64,000 nt of DNA from Mobula birostris. Its lineage: Eukaryota. The translations under genes were made by a program, and so were the position numbers. The DNA lies in the NCBI RefSeq assembly GCF_030028105.1, contig NC_092380.1:22097144-22161143 (forward strand), in the 5' to 3' direction. The notes below the pieces were generated by a model. It did no database searches and was not told the origin of the DNA. It saw only the letters and a list, made by a program, of their open reading frames with translations. Positions 11,711-24,640 of this stretch are shown in pieces; position 1 is the stretch's first letter, and every line of letters starts with the position of its first letter.

Positions 11711-14327
11711 AGTTGGCTGGCATGGACATAACGGGCCAAATGGCCTCCCCTTTCTGTACTGCTGGGTTTCACATCAAAGGAGCTAAAGATTAGCTTAATT
11801 TGTCACAAGTACATCAAAGTATACAGTAAAATGTGTCAACGACCGCAACATAGTCCAAGGATGTGCTGGGGGCAGCCCACAAGTGTTGCCACACTTCTGG
11901 CACCAACGTAGCGTGCCCGCAACTGAATGATCTTAACCTTTAGGTCTTTGGACTGCGGGAGGAAACCGGAGCACCCGGAGGAAACCTGTGTGGTCACGGG
12001 GAGAACGTACAAACTCCTTACAGCCAGAGGTGGGAATTGAACCCCAATCACTGGCATTGTAAACCATTTCACTTGCCCCGTCAGTATCGTGCCACCCTGT
12101 AGTATTGATGGAAGAATCTGCCTGCCTTGAAGGGAGGGAATGGACTCGTTTGCTGTGGGATTCCTTTTACTGCTCGGTTTAATTTTCTGATGACAATTTC
12201 TTGTCCATTCTTGGTCTCCCAGGAAGTGAGGAGTAAGTAAAGGTGAGCTGGGTAGGGTCGAATCCCATAAGATGTAAGAGCAGAATTAGGCCATTCAACC
12301 CATCGAATCTGCTCCGCCATTCCATCGTGGCTGATTTATTTTCCCTCTCAACCCCATTCTCCTGCCTTCTTCCTGTAACCCTTAACCCTCTGAACCAATC
12401 AAGAACCTATCCATCTCTGCTTAAATACACCCAATATCTTGTCCTCTGTGGCTCTCTATGGCAATGAACTCACTGCCCCCTGGCTAAAGGACTTCCTCCT
12501 CATCTCTGTTCTGAATGGATGTCCTTCTATTCTGAGGCTGTACCCTCCAGTCCTAGGCTCCCCCACTATAGGAAACATCCTCTCCCTGTCCACAATTACA
12601 TTGATTGCACTTTTTATAAAGGGAGGAAGAGTGTAGCAGTGAAATCTTGTTCCTCCTTTTCAGGCAAATTTTACTTGAGAGCAGAAAAGCTCCCTAAACT
12701 GAACTGAAGCCAGAGTGACCTGAGCTCCAGACACTGGACAGGAGACTGGGGTCAGTACAGAGGTGGGGGAGTGGGGGTTGGTGGGACATGGGGGAGAGTC
12801 ACTAATTCCTCCAATGCAACGTGGTACTAGGTTGGGAGAGGTGAAGGTGGGGAGGGGACATATGAGGAGTTGGGGAAAGGGAAGGGGCAGGGAAGCTGAA
12901 AACTGAGGGTATTAGAGAAGGCAAAAGGAAGGGACAGGAAGGGAGAGGACAAGAAAGGGGGATAGAAGGAGCTGGTAAGAGGATGGGATGGGGCAGAGAG
13001 ACAGTGGAGTAGAAGGAAGGGGCAGATAAAGACTCAGTGTATCCTGTTTCTTATGGTCAACATCCCAAACGAGGATTCTCCAGAAGTTATCATGAACCTG
13101 TTGAGAATTTCTTTGGAAATTCCCTCGAAGATTCCTGGTGTCCGGGGAGGGGAGGTGTATCCGGATGGGACTAGAATGGTGGGGGGTGGCCATGGGTAGT
13201 GGTAAGTCTGGAGTGCACGTTGTTGTTCAGCCCAGAGAGGAAGCAGGAGGAGTTGAGAACTCAGCCCTAGTTAACAGCCAAAGTCAAGATCTGATCTGAC
13301 CTTTAAGAGAACCACAAAAGGGTGTAGGTGAAAGGTTACGGCTGGCCGGGTGTTGGGAAATCCTCGCCCATGCTGACGGGCTGAGAAAGGGCGTTGCTGG
13401 CAGGGTAGAGCTCCCTCAGTACTCCATGTACAGTGAAGTGTGCTCCTTGTATCAACAGCCAACACATCTAGGGGTGTGTTAGGGACAGCATGCTAGTGTC
13501 ACCAAATGCCCCGTCACCAACATACCAGTAGAACAGCTCAGAATACAACAAGCCACAGAACAAGAAGAGCAGAACAAGACTGTTCCTCCCAATACCAGGC
13601 TTCCAGTCTCCAGGCCTCAGCCAGTGGGTTTCGATCTCCAGACTCTCGATCAACTTTTGGGTTCCGATCTCCAGTATTGGTCAGTCGGTGCAGACTGGAG
13701 TCACTGAGGTGGGATTTAAGCCATCCTGACTCGCTGTGGAAGTTTTGACTTGCCATCTGGCAATGAGGCAGGTCCGCAATGGAGATTGTCCTGGGCATTC
13801 CCCCCTTTTACGCTGGGGTCCTGGGGTAAGAGTGTTGCACAGAGCAGCTCTGTGTAACAGGTCCCTCAGTCGGTTTATGGGCTCCCTAGTCACCTGCCGT
13901 GGGGAGGAGTCGGAGCTCTATGTGTCTTGGACTGTGAGAGGTTGCAGCCTCTGCCTGGCCATCTGAAGGGGCTGCTCTCAAGGTCTGACTGCACTTCGGC
14001 CCCACACCTCCTGATCTACGGCGGGGTGGGGATGGCGATCACTTCTGGGCTTGGCCAAGGTGGCTGTTCGTGAGTCCAAGCGGCGTGTGGCCTGAGCTGA
14101 GTGCCCTCTCCTCTTCAGGAGTTGCGTCCCTGCCCGTGTGTGTGCCTGGAGAGGGAGAAGGGAGTACCCACGGGGACGACGGGGGATTTCTAGGACAGAG
14201 ATTTGCGTGTGTTGCTGTAATCTGAAGCTGTTGGCTGTAGATAGTGTGAATGGAAGAATATTGTGGTTCTGTAGAAACATGATACTGTAATCACTGAATT
14301 AATCTCTGCTGAAGAAGAGAAATATAA

Positions 14328-14600
14328 GCACAAGAGATTCTGCAGATGCTGGAGCACAAAATGCTGGAAGAACTCAGCAGTCAGGCAGCACCTATGGAGG
14401 GAGAATAAACAGGCTGAGACCCTGCGCCCCCCCCCACCTTCGCTGGGGCCGGCCTCTGAGACCCCACCTCACTGGGCCTCTAGCCTTTCACATCTGTGAG
14501 GAGAGAAGATGAAGGGTCTTGACCTGAAATGTCAACTCTTCATTCCCCTCCACGGATGCTGCATGACCTGCTGAGTGTTTCCAGTCCTCTGTGAGTGTAC
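14328..14600. mobile_element. Fold-back Penelope pseudo-LTR pair with a decayed sense hammerhead (about 14508-14540)
   Basis: gcagatgctgg...aaatgctggaagaactcagcag on the left is inverted relative to gatgctgcatgacctgctgagtg on the right. gatgaagggtcttgacctgaaatgtcaac is a degenerate core. Confidence 0.65.
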
Positions 14601-14729
14601 ACTCTTTGGCCAGATACACACCAGGGTACCTGCAAATTCTCCAAAATCCTCCACAGTTATCCCACAGCCTTCACTCCAAACAGGCTCCTGTTCAACTTCC
14701 AGCCATAATTTAGAAGACTGCTTAGAAGT

Positions 14730-15535
14730 TTATAAGATGAGGGGAAAGGGGATCTCATTGAAACCTTTTGAATATTCAAAGGCCTTGATAGGATGTTTCC
14801 AAAAGTGGGAGAGTGTAGGATCGGGGGGAGGGGGTGGTGGGGGCACAGCCTCAGAATAAAAGGACATCACTTCAGAACAGAGTTGAAGAAGAATTTCATC
14901 TGAGGAATCTGTGGAATTCATCGCCACAGATATCTGTGGAGGCCAAGTTATGGGGTATATTTAAAGCGGAGGCTGGCAGGTTCTTGATTAGTCAGGGTGT
15001 CAAAGGTTACAGGGAGAAGGCTATGAATGGCATTGAGAGGGATAATAAATCAGCCATGATGGAATAATAGAACAGACTCGATGGGCTGAATGGCCTAATT
15101 CTGCTCCTATAACTTATTGTCTAATACTTAGCTGGGAGCACAGAGATTTGGCATTTAAGGCAAAGGCAAGTTGGGTTGGCTTAATTTAATGGTGTACAGA
15201 GTTAGTGGCAGGATTCTGAGCAGTGTGGGATTAGAGAGCGATCTTGGGGTCCACGTCCACTAATCCCTCAGAGCTGCTGCACAATTTGATAGGGTGGTTA
15301 AAAAGGCATATTGCGTGTTGGCCTTCATTAGTCGGGGGATTGAGTTCAAGAGCTGTGAGCTAAGTTGCAGCTGGTTAGGTTTGCCTTGTCATAGGAAGGA
15401 TGTGGAAGTTTTAGGGAGGGCGCAGAAGAGATTTACTAGGATGCTGTCTGGATTAGAGAGCATGTTTTATGAAGACGTGATGAGTGAGCTAGGGCTTTTC
15501 TCTCTGGAGCGAAGAAGGATGAGAGGCGACTTTTA
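14730..15535 (+). mobile_element. CR1-clade LINE fragments
   Basis: Peptide VKKAYCVLAFISRGIEFKS...RAQKRFTRMLSGLE...LGLFSLERRRMRGD is a CR1 RT C-terminus. Confidence 0.8.
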
Positions 15536-16184
15536 GACTACATCTTGCCCTCGGTGTGCCTATCGAGGAGAGTGTGAATTATACTGCAGCAGCAGGAGAC
15601 TTGCCCCTGGGTAGCACGGTGGCATGGCGGGTAGAGCTGCTGCCTTACAACTCCAGGGTCTCTGGTTCGATCCTGACCTCCGGCGCTGTCTGCGTGGAGT
15701 TTGCACGTTCTTCCCTGCGACCGTGTGGCTTTGCCCTGGTTTCCTGTCATGTCGCAAAGGCGTGCGGGTTGGTGGGTTCACTGACTGCTTTACATTGTTC
15801 CTGTGCTTTGGTGGGTGACGGAATCGGGGGCAACATTGATGGGAACGCTTGGGGAAATAAAAATTAATGGGAGAATGGAACTGCTCTGTGAGCTAACAGA
15901 GGCTCCATGAGCTGAAATAACATCTTTCTGTATCGTACGGTCACATTGTAGTCCTTCAACATTGGTGTAAGTAAAAACCTGTAGCCATGGTCTCCTTGCT
16001 GTTGAGGGAACTTACTGTGCATAGATTGGCTATATTTTCCATGTTGCTGCAGTGACTCCACTAAAATATATTTTATCTGCTCTAAATAATTTTAATGACC
16101 TGATGATGAGAAATGCAAAATGATGGGAGACTCTTAAAACTAAAGAGTGTAGGTTTAGAAGAGAGGGGAAAGAATTGCTTGAAA

Positions 16185-16390
16185 ATCCAGAGGTTGAGGC
16201 CTGAAGGTCGAACCATAATCGATGAGTCCTGGAGTTGAGGCCCATAGATCAAACCATGATCAGTGAGTCCTGAGGTCAAGGCTCGAAGATCAAACCCTGA
16301 TTGGCAACTCCTGGGGTCAAGGCCAAAGGTCAAACCCGTGATTGGAGAGTCCTGAGGTTGATACCCAGCAGTCACAAAGTTTAACCATGA
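16185..16390. repeat. Degenerate tandem repeat of about 41 bp (about 5 copies)
   Basis: Recurring gagtcctg.ggt.aggcc..aaggtcaaacc.tgat.g. Confidence 0.6.
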
Positions 16391-16394
16391 CAAA

Positions 16395-16910
16395 AGGATA
16401 TGCTGTCATTAGAGAGAGTCCAGAGGAGGTTCACGAGGATGATTCCAGCAAATGAAGGGGTTAACATATAAGGGGTGTTTTGCAGCTTTGGGCCTGTACT
16501 CATTGTAATTTAGAAGAATGCAGGGAGATCTCGTCAAAACCTACTAAATATTGAAAGGGCTAGATAGGGTAGATGTGGAGAGGATGTTTCCTATGGTGGG
16601 GGTATCCAGAACTAGAGGGCACAGCCTCACAACTGAGGGGCAACCCTTTAGGACAGAGGTAAGGAGGAAAATTTTTTATCCAGAGGGTACTAAATCTGTT
16701 GAAGGCTCTGCCACAGGCTGCAGTGAAGGCCAGGTCCATGCGTATATTTAAGACGCAAGTTGATAATTTCCTGATCGGTTGGGGCGTCAAAGGATATGGC
16801 GGGAAGGTAGGTGTATGGGGTTGAGTGGGATCTGGAATCAGCTATGGTGGAATGACGGAGCAGACTCGATGGGCTGAATGGCCTAATTCTGCTCCTTTGT
16901 CTTGTGGTCT
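16395..16910 (+). mobile_element. CR1-clade LINE 3' fragment
   Basis: KGLDRVDVERMFPMVGVSRTRGHSL peptide and the family 3' tail. Confidence 0.8.
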
Positions 16911-17081
16911 GGAGGACAAAGCCGTGTTGTTGTGCTGAGTCCGGTGGGCACGCTACGTTGACGCCGGAATGTGTGGCGAGGTTTGCGGGCTGCCCCCAGC
17001 ATGTCCTCGGGCGTGTTGGTTGCTCACGCGAATGACTCGTTTCACTGACGGCATGATAAATGAAATCGGAAAGGGCCCCGA

Positions 17082-20000
17082 GGCACAGGTCTGTCCACGG
17101 TGAGGGTGAGGGTGTAGGGACAGGTCTGCCCATGGTGAGGGTGTGGGTGTAGGGACAGGTCTGCCCACGGTGAGGGTGTGGGTGTATGGACAGGTCTGCC
17201 CATGGTGAGGGTGTGGGTGTAGGGACAGGTCTGTCCACGGTGAGGGTGTGGGTGTATGGACAGGTGTGTCCACGGTGAGGGGGTGGGTGTAGGGACAGGT
17301 CTGCCCATGGTGAGGGTGTGGGTCCTGGTGTGGGTGGGGTGTGGGTGTATGGACAGGTCTGCCCACGGTGAGGGTGTGGGTGTATGGACAGGTCTGCCCA
17401 CGGTGAGGGTGTGGGTGTATGGACAGGTCTGTCCATGGTGAGGGTGTGGGTGTATGGACAGGTCTGTCCACGGTGAGTGTGCGGGTGCATGGACAGATGT
17501 CCACGGTGAGGGTGTGGGTGTAGGGACAGGTCTGTCCACGGTGAGGGTGTGGGTGTAGGGACAGATGTCCACGGTGAGGGTGTGGGTGTATGGACAGGTC
17601 TGCCCACGGTGAGGGTGTGGGTGTAGGGACAGGTCTGTCCACGGTGAGGGTGTGGGTGTATGGACAGATGTCCACGGTGAGGGTGTGGATGTAGGGACAG
17701 GTCTGTCCACGGTGAGGGTGTGGGTGTAGGGACAGATGTCCACGGTGAGGGTGTGGGTGTATGGACAGGTCTGTCTACGGTGAGGGTGAGGGTGTGGGTG
17801 TATAGACAGGTGTGTCCACGGTGAGGGTGTGGGTGTAGGGACAGGTCTGCCCACGGTGAGGGTGTGGGTGTAGGGACAGGTCTGCCCCCGGTGAGGGTGT
17901 GGGTGTATGGACAGGTCTGTCCACGGTGAGGGTGTGGGTGCATGGACAGATGTCCACAGTGAGGGTGTGGGTGTAGGGACAGGTCTGTCCACGGTGAGGG
18001 TGTGGGTGTATGGACAGGTCTGCCCCCGGTGAGGGTGTGGGTGTAGGGACAGATGTCCACGGTGAGGGTGTGGGTGTAGGGACAGGTCTGCCCACGGTGA
18101 GGGTGTGGGTGTAGGGACAGGTCTGTCCACGGTGAGGGTGTGGGTGCATGGACAGGTGTGTCCACGGTGAGGGTGTGGGTGCATGGACAGATGTCCACGG
18201 TGAGGGTGTGGATGTATGGACAGGTCTGCCCACGGTGAGGGTGTGGGTGTGTGGACAGGTCTGCCCACGGTGAGGGTGTGGGTGTAGGGACAGATGTCCA
18301 CGGTGAGGGTGTGGGTGTATAGACAGGTCTGCCCACGATAAGGGTGAGGGTGTGGGTGTAGGGACAGGTCTGCCCACGGTGAGGGTGTGGGTGTAGGGAC
18401 AGGTCTGCCCCCGGTGAGGGTGTGGGTGTAGGGACAGATGTCCACGGTGAGGGTGTGGGTGTAGGGACAGGTCTGCCCACGGTGAGGGTGTGGGTGTAGG
18501 GACAGGTCTGTCCACGGTGAGGGTGTGGGTGCATGGACAGGTGTGTCCACGGTGAGGGTGTGGGTGCATGGACAGATGTCCACGGTGAGGGTGTGGATGT
18601 ATGGACAGGTCTGCCCACGGTGAGGGTGTGGGTGTGTGGACAGGTCTGCCCACGGTGAGGGTGTGGGTGTAGGGACAGATGTCCACGGTGAGGGTGTGGG
18701 TGTAGGGACAGGTCTGCCCACGGTGAGGGTGTGGGTGTAGGCACAGGTCTGTCCACGGTGAGGGTGTGGGTGTAGGGACAGATGTCCACGGTGAGGGTGT
18801 GGGTGTAGGGACAGGTCTGTCCACGGTGAGGGTGTGGGTGTAGGGACAGATGTCCACAGTGAGGGTGTGAGTGTAGGGACAGGTCTGTCCACGGTGAGGG
18901 TGTGGGTGTATGGACAGGTCTGTCCACGGTGAGGGTGTGGGTGTAGGGACAGATGTCCACGGTGAGGGTGTGGGTGTAGGGACAGATGTCCACGGTGAGG
19001 GTGTGGGTGTAGGGACAGGTCTGTCCACGGTGAGGGTGTGGGTGTAGGGACAGATGTCCACGGTGAGGGTGTGAGTGTAGGGACAGGTCTGTCCACGGTG
19101 AGGGTGTGGGTGTAGGGACAGATGTCCACGGTGAGGGTGTGGGTGTATGGACAGGTCTGCCCATGGTGAGGGTGTGGGTGTATGGACAGGTCTGTCCACG
19201 GTGAGGGTGTGGGTGTATGGACAGGTGTGTCCACGGTGAGGGGGTGGGTGTAGGGACAGGTCTGCCCACGGTGAGGGTGTGGGTGCATGGACAGATGTCC
19301 ACGGTGAGGGTGTGGGTGTATGGACAGGTCTGCCCACGATGAGGGTGAGGGTGTGGGTGTAGGGACAGGTCTGCCCACGGTGATGGTGTGGGTGTAGGGA
19401 CAGGTCTGCCCACGGTGAGGGTGTGGGTGTAGGGACAGGTCTGCCCACGGTGAGGGTGTGGGTGTAGGGACAGATGTCCACGGTGAGGGTGTGGGTGTCG
19501 GGACAGGTCTGCCCACGGTGAGGGTGTGGGTGTAGGGACAGATGTCCACGGTGAGGGTGTGGGTGTAGGGACAGGTCTGCCCCCGGTGAGGGTGTGGGTG
19601 TATGGACAGGTCTGTCCACGGTGAGGGTGTGGGTGCATGGACAGGTGTGTCCACGGTGAGGGTGTGGGTGCATGGACAGATGTCCACAGTGAGGGTGTGG
19701 GTGTAGGGACAGGTCTGTCCACAGTGAGGGTGTGGGTGTAGGGACAGGTCTGTCCACGGTGAGGGTGTGGATGTATGGACAGGTCTGCCCACGGTGAGGG
19801 TGTGGGTGTAGGGACAGGTCTGCCCACGGTGAGGGTGTGGGTGTAGGGACAGATGTCCACGGTGAGGGTGTGGGTGTAGGGACAGGTCTGTCCACGGTGA
19901 GGGTGTGGGTGTATGGACAGGTCTGCCCACGGTGAGGGTGTGGGTGTATGGGCAGGTCTGCCCACGGTGAGGGTGTGGGTGCATGGACAGATGTCCACGG

Positions 20001-20511
20001 TGAGGGTGTGGGTGTATGAACAGGTCTGCCCACGATGAGGGTGAGGGTGTGGGTGTAGGGACAGGTCTGCCCACGGTGAGGGTGTGGGTGTAGGGACAGG
20101 TCTGCCCACGGTGAGGGTGTGGGTGTAGGGACAGATGTCCACGGTGAGGGTGTGGGTGTAGGGACAGGTCTGTCCACGGTGAGGGTGTGGGTGTAGGGAC
20201 AGGTCTGTCCACGGTGAGGGTGTGGGTGCATGAACAGGTGTGTCCACGGTGAGGGGGTGGGTGTAGGGACAGGTCTGTCCACGGTGAGGGTGTGGGTGCA
20301 TGAACAGGTGTGTCCACGGTGAGGGGGTGGGTGTAGGGACAGGTCTGCCCACGGTGAGGGTGTGGGTGCATGAACAGGTGTGTCCACGGTGAGGGGGTGG
20401 GTGTAGGGACAGGTCTGCCCCCGGTGAGGGTGTGGGTGCATGGACAGGTCTGTCCACGGTGAGGGTGTGGGTGCATGGACAGATGTCCACGGTGAGGGTG
20501 TGGGTGTATGG
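17082..20511. repeat. G-rich minisatellite, 35/33-bp unit, about 100 copies
   Basis: Unit ACAGGTCTG(T/C)CCACGGTGAGGGTGTGGGTGTA(G/T)GG, with a 33-bp ACAGATGTCC variant. Produces three stop-free minus-strand frames. Confidence 0.97.
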
Positions 20512-21335
20512 AACAAGCTGCCAGAGGAAGTGGTTGAAGCGGGTGCAGTTACAGGGTTTAAGATATATCTGGTCAGGTACACGGGACGGGAAACAGTCAC
20601 AGGCGATGCGCAAGGAACCGGATTGGTGCAGGGATAGTCAAAATTCTGGGTTGAGACCCTCATCTAGACTTTCTGTGTGTGTTGCCCTGAATTCCAACAT
20701 CTATAGACTTGGAAGGGAAAGGTTTATAGCAGGGGCTTCCACCCTGGGGTTCACAAATCCCTTGCTTAATGATCCTGGTCCGTGGCATCAGAAAAGGTTG
20801 GGTCCCCCTGGTTTGGAGGGATATGACCCAATCTGGCATGTGGGACCTGCTCAGGTAACACTTTGGTCAGCATGGATGTGTCAGGCCGAAGGGCCTGTTA
20901 ACTTTCTTCCATAAACCCAGGCAACGGTTGTCAGGGCTGGGAATCAGAGGCGGAAAGGGAGCGTGGTCGTGCAGGGTTGTGTAGAAAGCCGAGCTCGTCT
21001 CGAGGGGCCAAATGGCCAGCTGCGGCTTTCAGAATGCTGCCCCACTGGTCCCGGTTTTCTGAGCCCTGTGTTGTTGCCCCGCTACAGTTAGCTCGGCTAC
21101 ATGTCTCCCTGCTCCTGAGGCCCTGGTTGGGTCCTGACCCAGGGTGCTGTCCATGTGGAGTTCGCAGGTCCTCCCTGTGATCGAGTGGGGCTTCCTCCTG
21201 TGTCCCAAACGTGTGTGGATTGGTGGGTTAAACATCTCTGTCAACTGGTTGTGGTGGGTTGATTCATGGCAAATCTGTGGGGGGTGGGTATGAGTTGATG
21301 GGAACGTGAGGTGGAATAAAGTGGGATCAGTGTAA

Positions 21336-22026
21336 AGGCTGATTTGTACTTGTGCGTTAAATCAACGCCGTAGGTATAGCATAGCCGCAAACCCTACGCT
21401 GTAGCCTAACGTGCACCTCTCCTAAAATGTAACTACGCATCACGGCAACGCAGACCGAGACAACTGTGATTGGTCTGCTTGGTAGCAACTCTGGCTGCAA
21501 TGCTTTCCATAAAGCTTTACAGACCTCCGAAATTATGGAGGCCACATTTTGCTTTTACAAAAGACCTACATTAGTACCTGTTTTCATTAACCGAAAGAGG
21601 ATTTTCGCTTTTACGGAAAAAGACGCTTGCTTTAAATTTGTTTACCCCGAGAAAGACTACCATGACCATGAAGCCTTGCACGGGCAGGTGTGTGCGCATG
21701 CGTGTACGTGCCGATTTTTTTTTCGACAAGTTGACTTTGGCTCAAAATTCCCGATTCTGTTAAGTGACATGACACTGTACATACGGAAAATTCACCCCCC
21801 TTCAGTTTCAGTCGCCATTGTTTGAAGTTCGAGTTTCTTCATGTTTGAGTATCAACGCGAAGAAACTCAACACAGTGGCGTAGAAGCCCCACCGCCAACT
21901 AGCGTTTTGACAGTGAATTGCAGAGCGACACAGACACACCAACGCACAAGTATAAATGCTCACAACGGCGTAGCCCACTTGTGTAGGCTACCGCGTAAAC
22001 TAGTATGCAGAAGTATAAATCAGCCT
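21336..22026 (-). mobile_element. PIF/Harbinger-like non-autonomous DNA transposon
   Basis: TIRs aggctgatttgtacttgtgcgt / atgcagaagtataaatcagcct, flanked by TAA and TTA. Internal peptide SIISEVCKALWKALQPELL resembles a Harbinger/HARBI1-type nuclease. Confidence 0.7.
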
Positions 22027-22354
22027 TTAGTGTGTGCCTGCTGACAAACAGGGCCTCTGTGGGCTGAATGGCCTGTTTCCAGCCTTCCATCTAGAGAGGA
22101 GGTGCTGAAGAGGGCGGTGCTGGTTGAGTCGATGGAGAGGATTTGTTCCTAAATGTCTGTTTCCTTGCCGGTTCCCATCTTGCTTTCTCTTCAAGCCAGG
22201 ACGGTCTCCAGTGAGAGGCTGTGTACCCCTGCATGTGGTACGGAACTGTACGCCTGAGAGGGCATGCGGAAGTCTGTTGAGCTCCCATCATTCAAAAGGG
22301 ACATTGGACAAATACAGATAACACGAAGGTGGCGCAAAGGTTAGGCATCCTTTC

Positions 22355-22458
22355 GGGGTCCTGATGAAGGGTCTCGGAGCGGAACGTCGACTGGTTACTG
22401 TTTTCCATAGATGCTGCCATTGGCTGCTGAGTCCCTCCAGCATTGTGCGCGTGTTGCT
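22355..22458 (+). mobile_element. Penelope pseudo-LTR with hammerhead variant (GAAA changed to GGAA)
   Basis: gtc CTGATGA agggtctcggagc GGAA cgtc gact at 22358-22392. Confidence 0.7.
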
Positions 22459-22459
22459 G

Positions 22460-23330
22460 ACGCGAAGGTTGGTAGTGATGTAGTTAGCGTAGAAGGTTGT
22501 CGTAGGTTACAGTGGGATGTTGATGGCCTGCCGAGCTTGGGCACAGAAGTGGAAAGATGGAGGTCAACCTGGAAAAGTGTGAAGCGATTCACTTCGGGGG
22601 AATCAAACATGAAGACAGCATTCAGGGTCAAAGGCGAAATTCTCAGCAACGTGCAGTGACAGGGATCTTGGACTCCATGCCCATAAATCTCTTAAAGTTG
22701 CTGCGCAGCTTGAGAGGGTTGTTAAGAAGGCGTATAGTCCGTTGACCTTCGTTAGTCAGGGTGTCGAGTTTAAGGTTTGTGAGGTAACGTTGAAGTTTGT
22801 AATGCGGTTGGACCACACTTGGAGTATTGTGTTCAGTTCTGGTCGCCTCATTATAGGAAGGGTGTGGAAGCTTTAGAGAGGGTGCAGAGGAGATTTACCA
22901 GGATGCTGCCTGCATTGGAGACCAATGAGGATAGGCTGAGTGAGCTAGGGCTTTTCTCTTTGGAGCAAAGGCGGATGAGAGGTGACGTGATAGAGCTGTA
23001 CAGGATAATAAGGGGCATAGATAGCGTGGACAGCCAGGGACTTTTCCCTGGGCTAATATAAGGGGGCATAACTTCAAGGTGATTGGATTAAGGTATGGGG
23101 GGGAATGTCAGAGGTAGGCCTTTTACACAGAGTGGTGGGTGCAAGGAACCCCCTCCCAGGGGTGGTGGTAGAGTCAGATGCATTAGGGACAGTTAGATCG
23201 GCAAATGGGTGATAGAAACATGGAAAGCTATGGGGGAAAGAAGGGTTAGATTGATCTTGGAGAAAGTTAAAAAGTTAGCACGACATTGTGGGCCGAAGGG
23301 CCTGTACTGTGCTGTACTGCTCAATGTTCT
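22460..23330 (+). mobile_element. CR1-clade LINE fragment
   Basis: [31 protein letters not shown]...[14 protein letters not shown]. Confidence 0.85.
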
Positions 23331-23685
23331 CTCAGGAAAGGGGCAGTGGGGCGAATAGAATTGCAAAGGGCTAGCATGAGCTCAGTGGGCCGAGTGGTGG
23401 CCAACTGAGCTGAGATTAGATTATATTTATTTAGAGTTATTTATTAATCGCATGCAGACTGAAACAGACGGTGAAATGCTTTAACAACCAATACTATCTG
23501 AGGATGTGTTGGGGGCAAGCCCGCAAGTGTCACCACACATCCCAGTGCCAACACATCAGAATCCCTGGCGTACCTTGTGAAATTTATTGTTCTGCAGCAG
23601 CAGTACGATGCAATACATTAAAAAACTATAAGTTACAATAAGAAATATATATAATTAAACAAGTAGAGAAAAAATTACTGACGTA

Positions 23686-23820
23686 TTAGTCCTGTTGAAG
23701 AGTTTCAGCCCAAAATGTCGACTGTACTCCTTTCAATAGATACTGCCTGGCCTGCTGAGTTCCTCCAGCATTGTGTGTGTGTTGCTTGGATTTCCAGCAT
23801 CTGCAGATTTTCTCTTGTGT
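23686..23820 (+). mobile_element. Penelope pseudo-LTR with decayed hammerhead
   Basis: tagtc CTGTTGA agagtttcagccc AAAA tgtc gactg, followed by the standard pLTR tail ...tttccagcatctgcag. Confidence 0.7.
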
Positions 23821-23829
23821 GTGACCAAG

Positions 23830-24640
23830 GTAGTTCATAGGTTCGTTGTCATTCAGAAATCGGATGGCAGTGAATAACAAGCTGTTCCTGAGTGTGTGTC
23901 TTCCGACTCCCGTACCTCCTCCCTGATGGTAGCAATGAGAAGAGGGTATGTCCCGTGCAGTGGGGTCCTTAATGACGGACATTGCTTTCTGTTCTTGAGG
24001 CATCACCTTTTCAAGATGTCTTCAGTGCTGGGGAGGCTAGTGCCCTTGATGGAGTTGGCTGAGTTTCCAACTTTCTCCGATCCTGAGCAGTGGCCCCTCC
24101 ATACCAGTCTGTGATACAACCAGTTAGAATGCTCTCCACGGGGCATCTGTAGAAATTCGAGTGTCTTTGGTGACATTTCAAGTTTCCTCAAACTCCGAAT
24201 GAAACATAGCTGCAGTCGTGCCTTCTTTGTAATTGCATCAATGTGTTGGGCTCAAGATTGATCTTCAGAGATGTTAACTAGGACCTTGAAACCGCTCACC
24301 TTTTCCACTTCTGATCCCTCGATGAGGACTGGTTTGTGGTCCCTCAGCTTCCCTTTCCTGAAGTCCACAATCTGATCCTCGGTCTTACTGATGTTGAGTG
24401 CCAGATTGTTGCTGTGACACCACTCAGCCAGCTGATCTACCTCACTCCTGTACGGCTCCTCGTCACCATTTGAAATTCTGCCGACAACTAGTGGTGTACA
24501 TAGATAGTGTTCAAACTGTGCCTAGCCACGCAATGGTGAGTGTGGAGAGAGTAGAGCGATGGGGTAGGCACGCATCCCTGAGATGTACCAGTGTTGATTG
24601 TCTGCCAGGCGATGTTATTTCTGATCCGCACTGACTTTCA
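23830..24640 (-). mobile_element. Rex1/Babar-like LINE fragment
   Basis: Same RT C-terminal family as 840-1365, on the opposite strand. Confidence 0.7.

Noticed and set aside
16690-20663. Minus-strand ORFs of 1307, 1144 and 962 aa (PTPTPSPW / HPHPHRG repeats)
   Set aside because: All three frames are open because the 35/33-bp minisatellite has no stop codons on that strand. The same three peptides cycle between frames.
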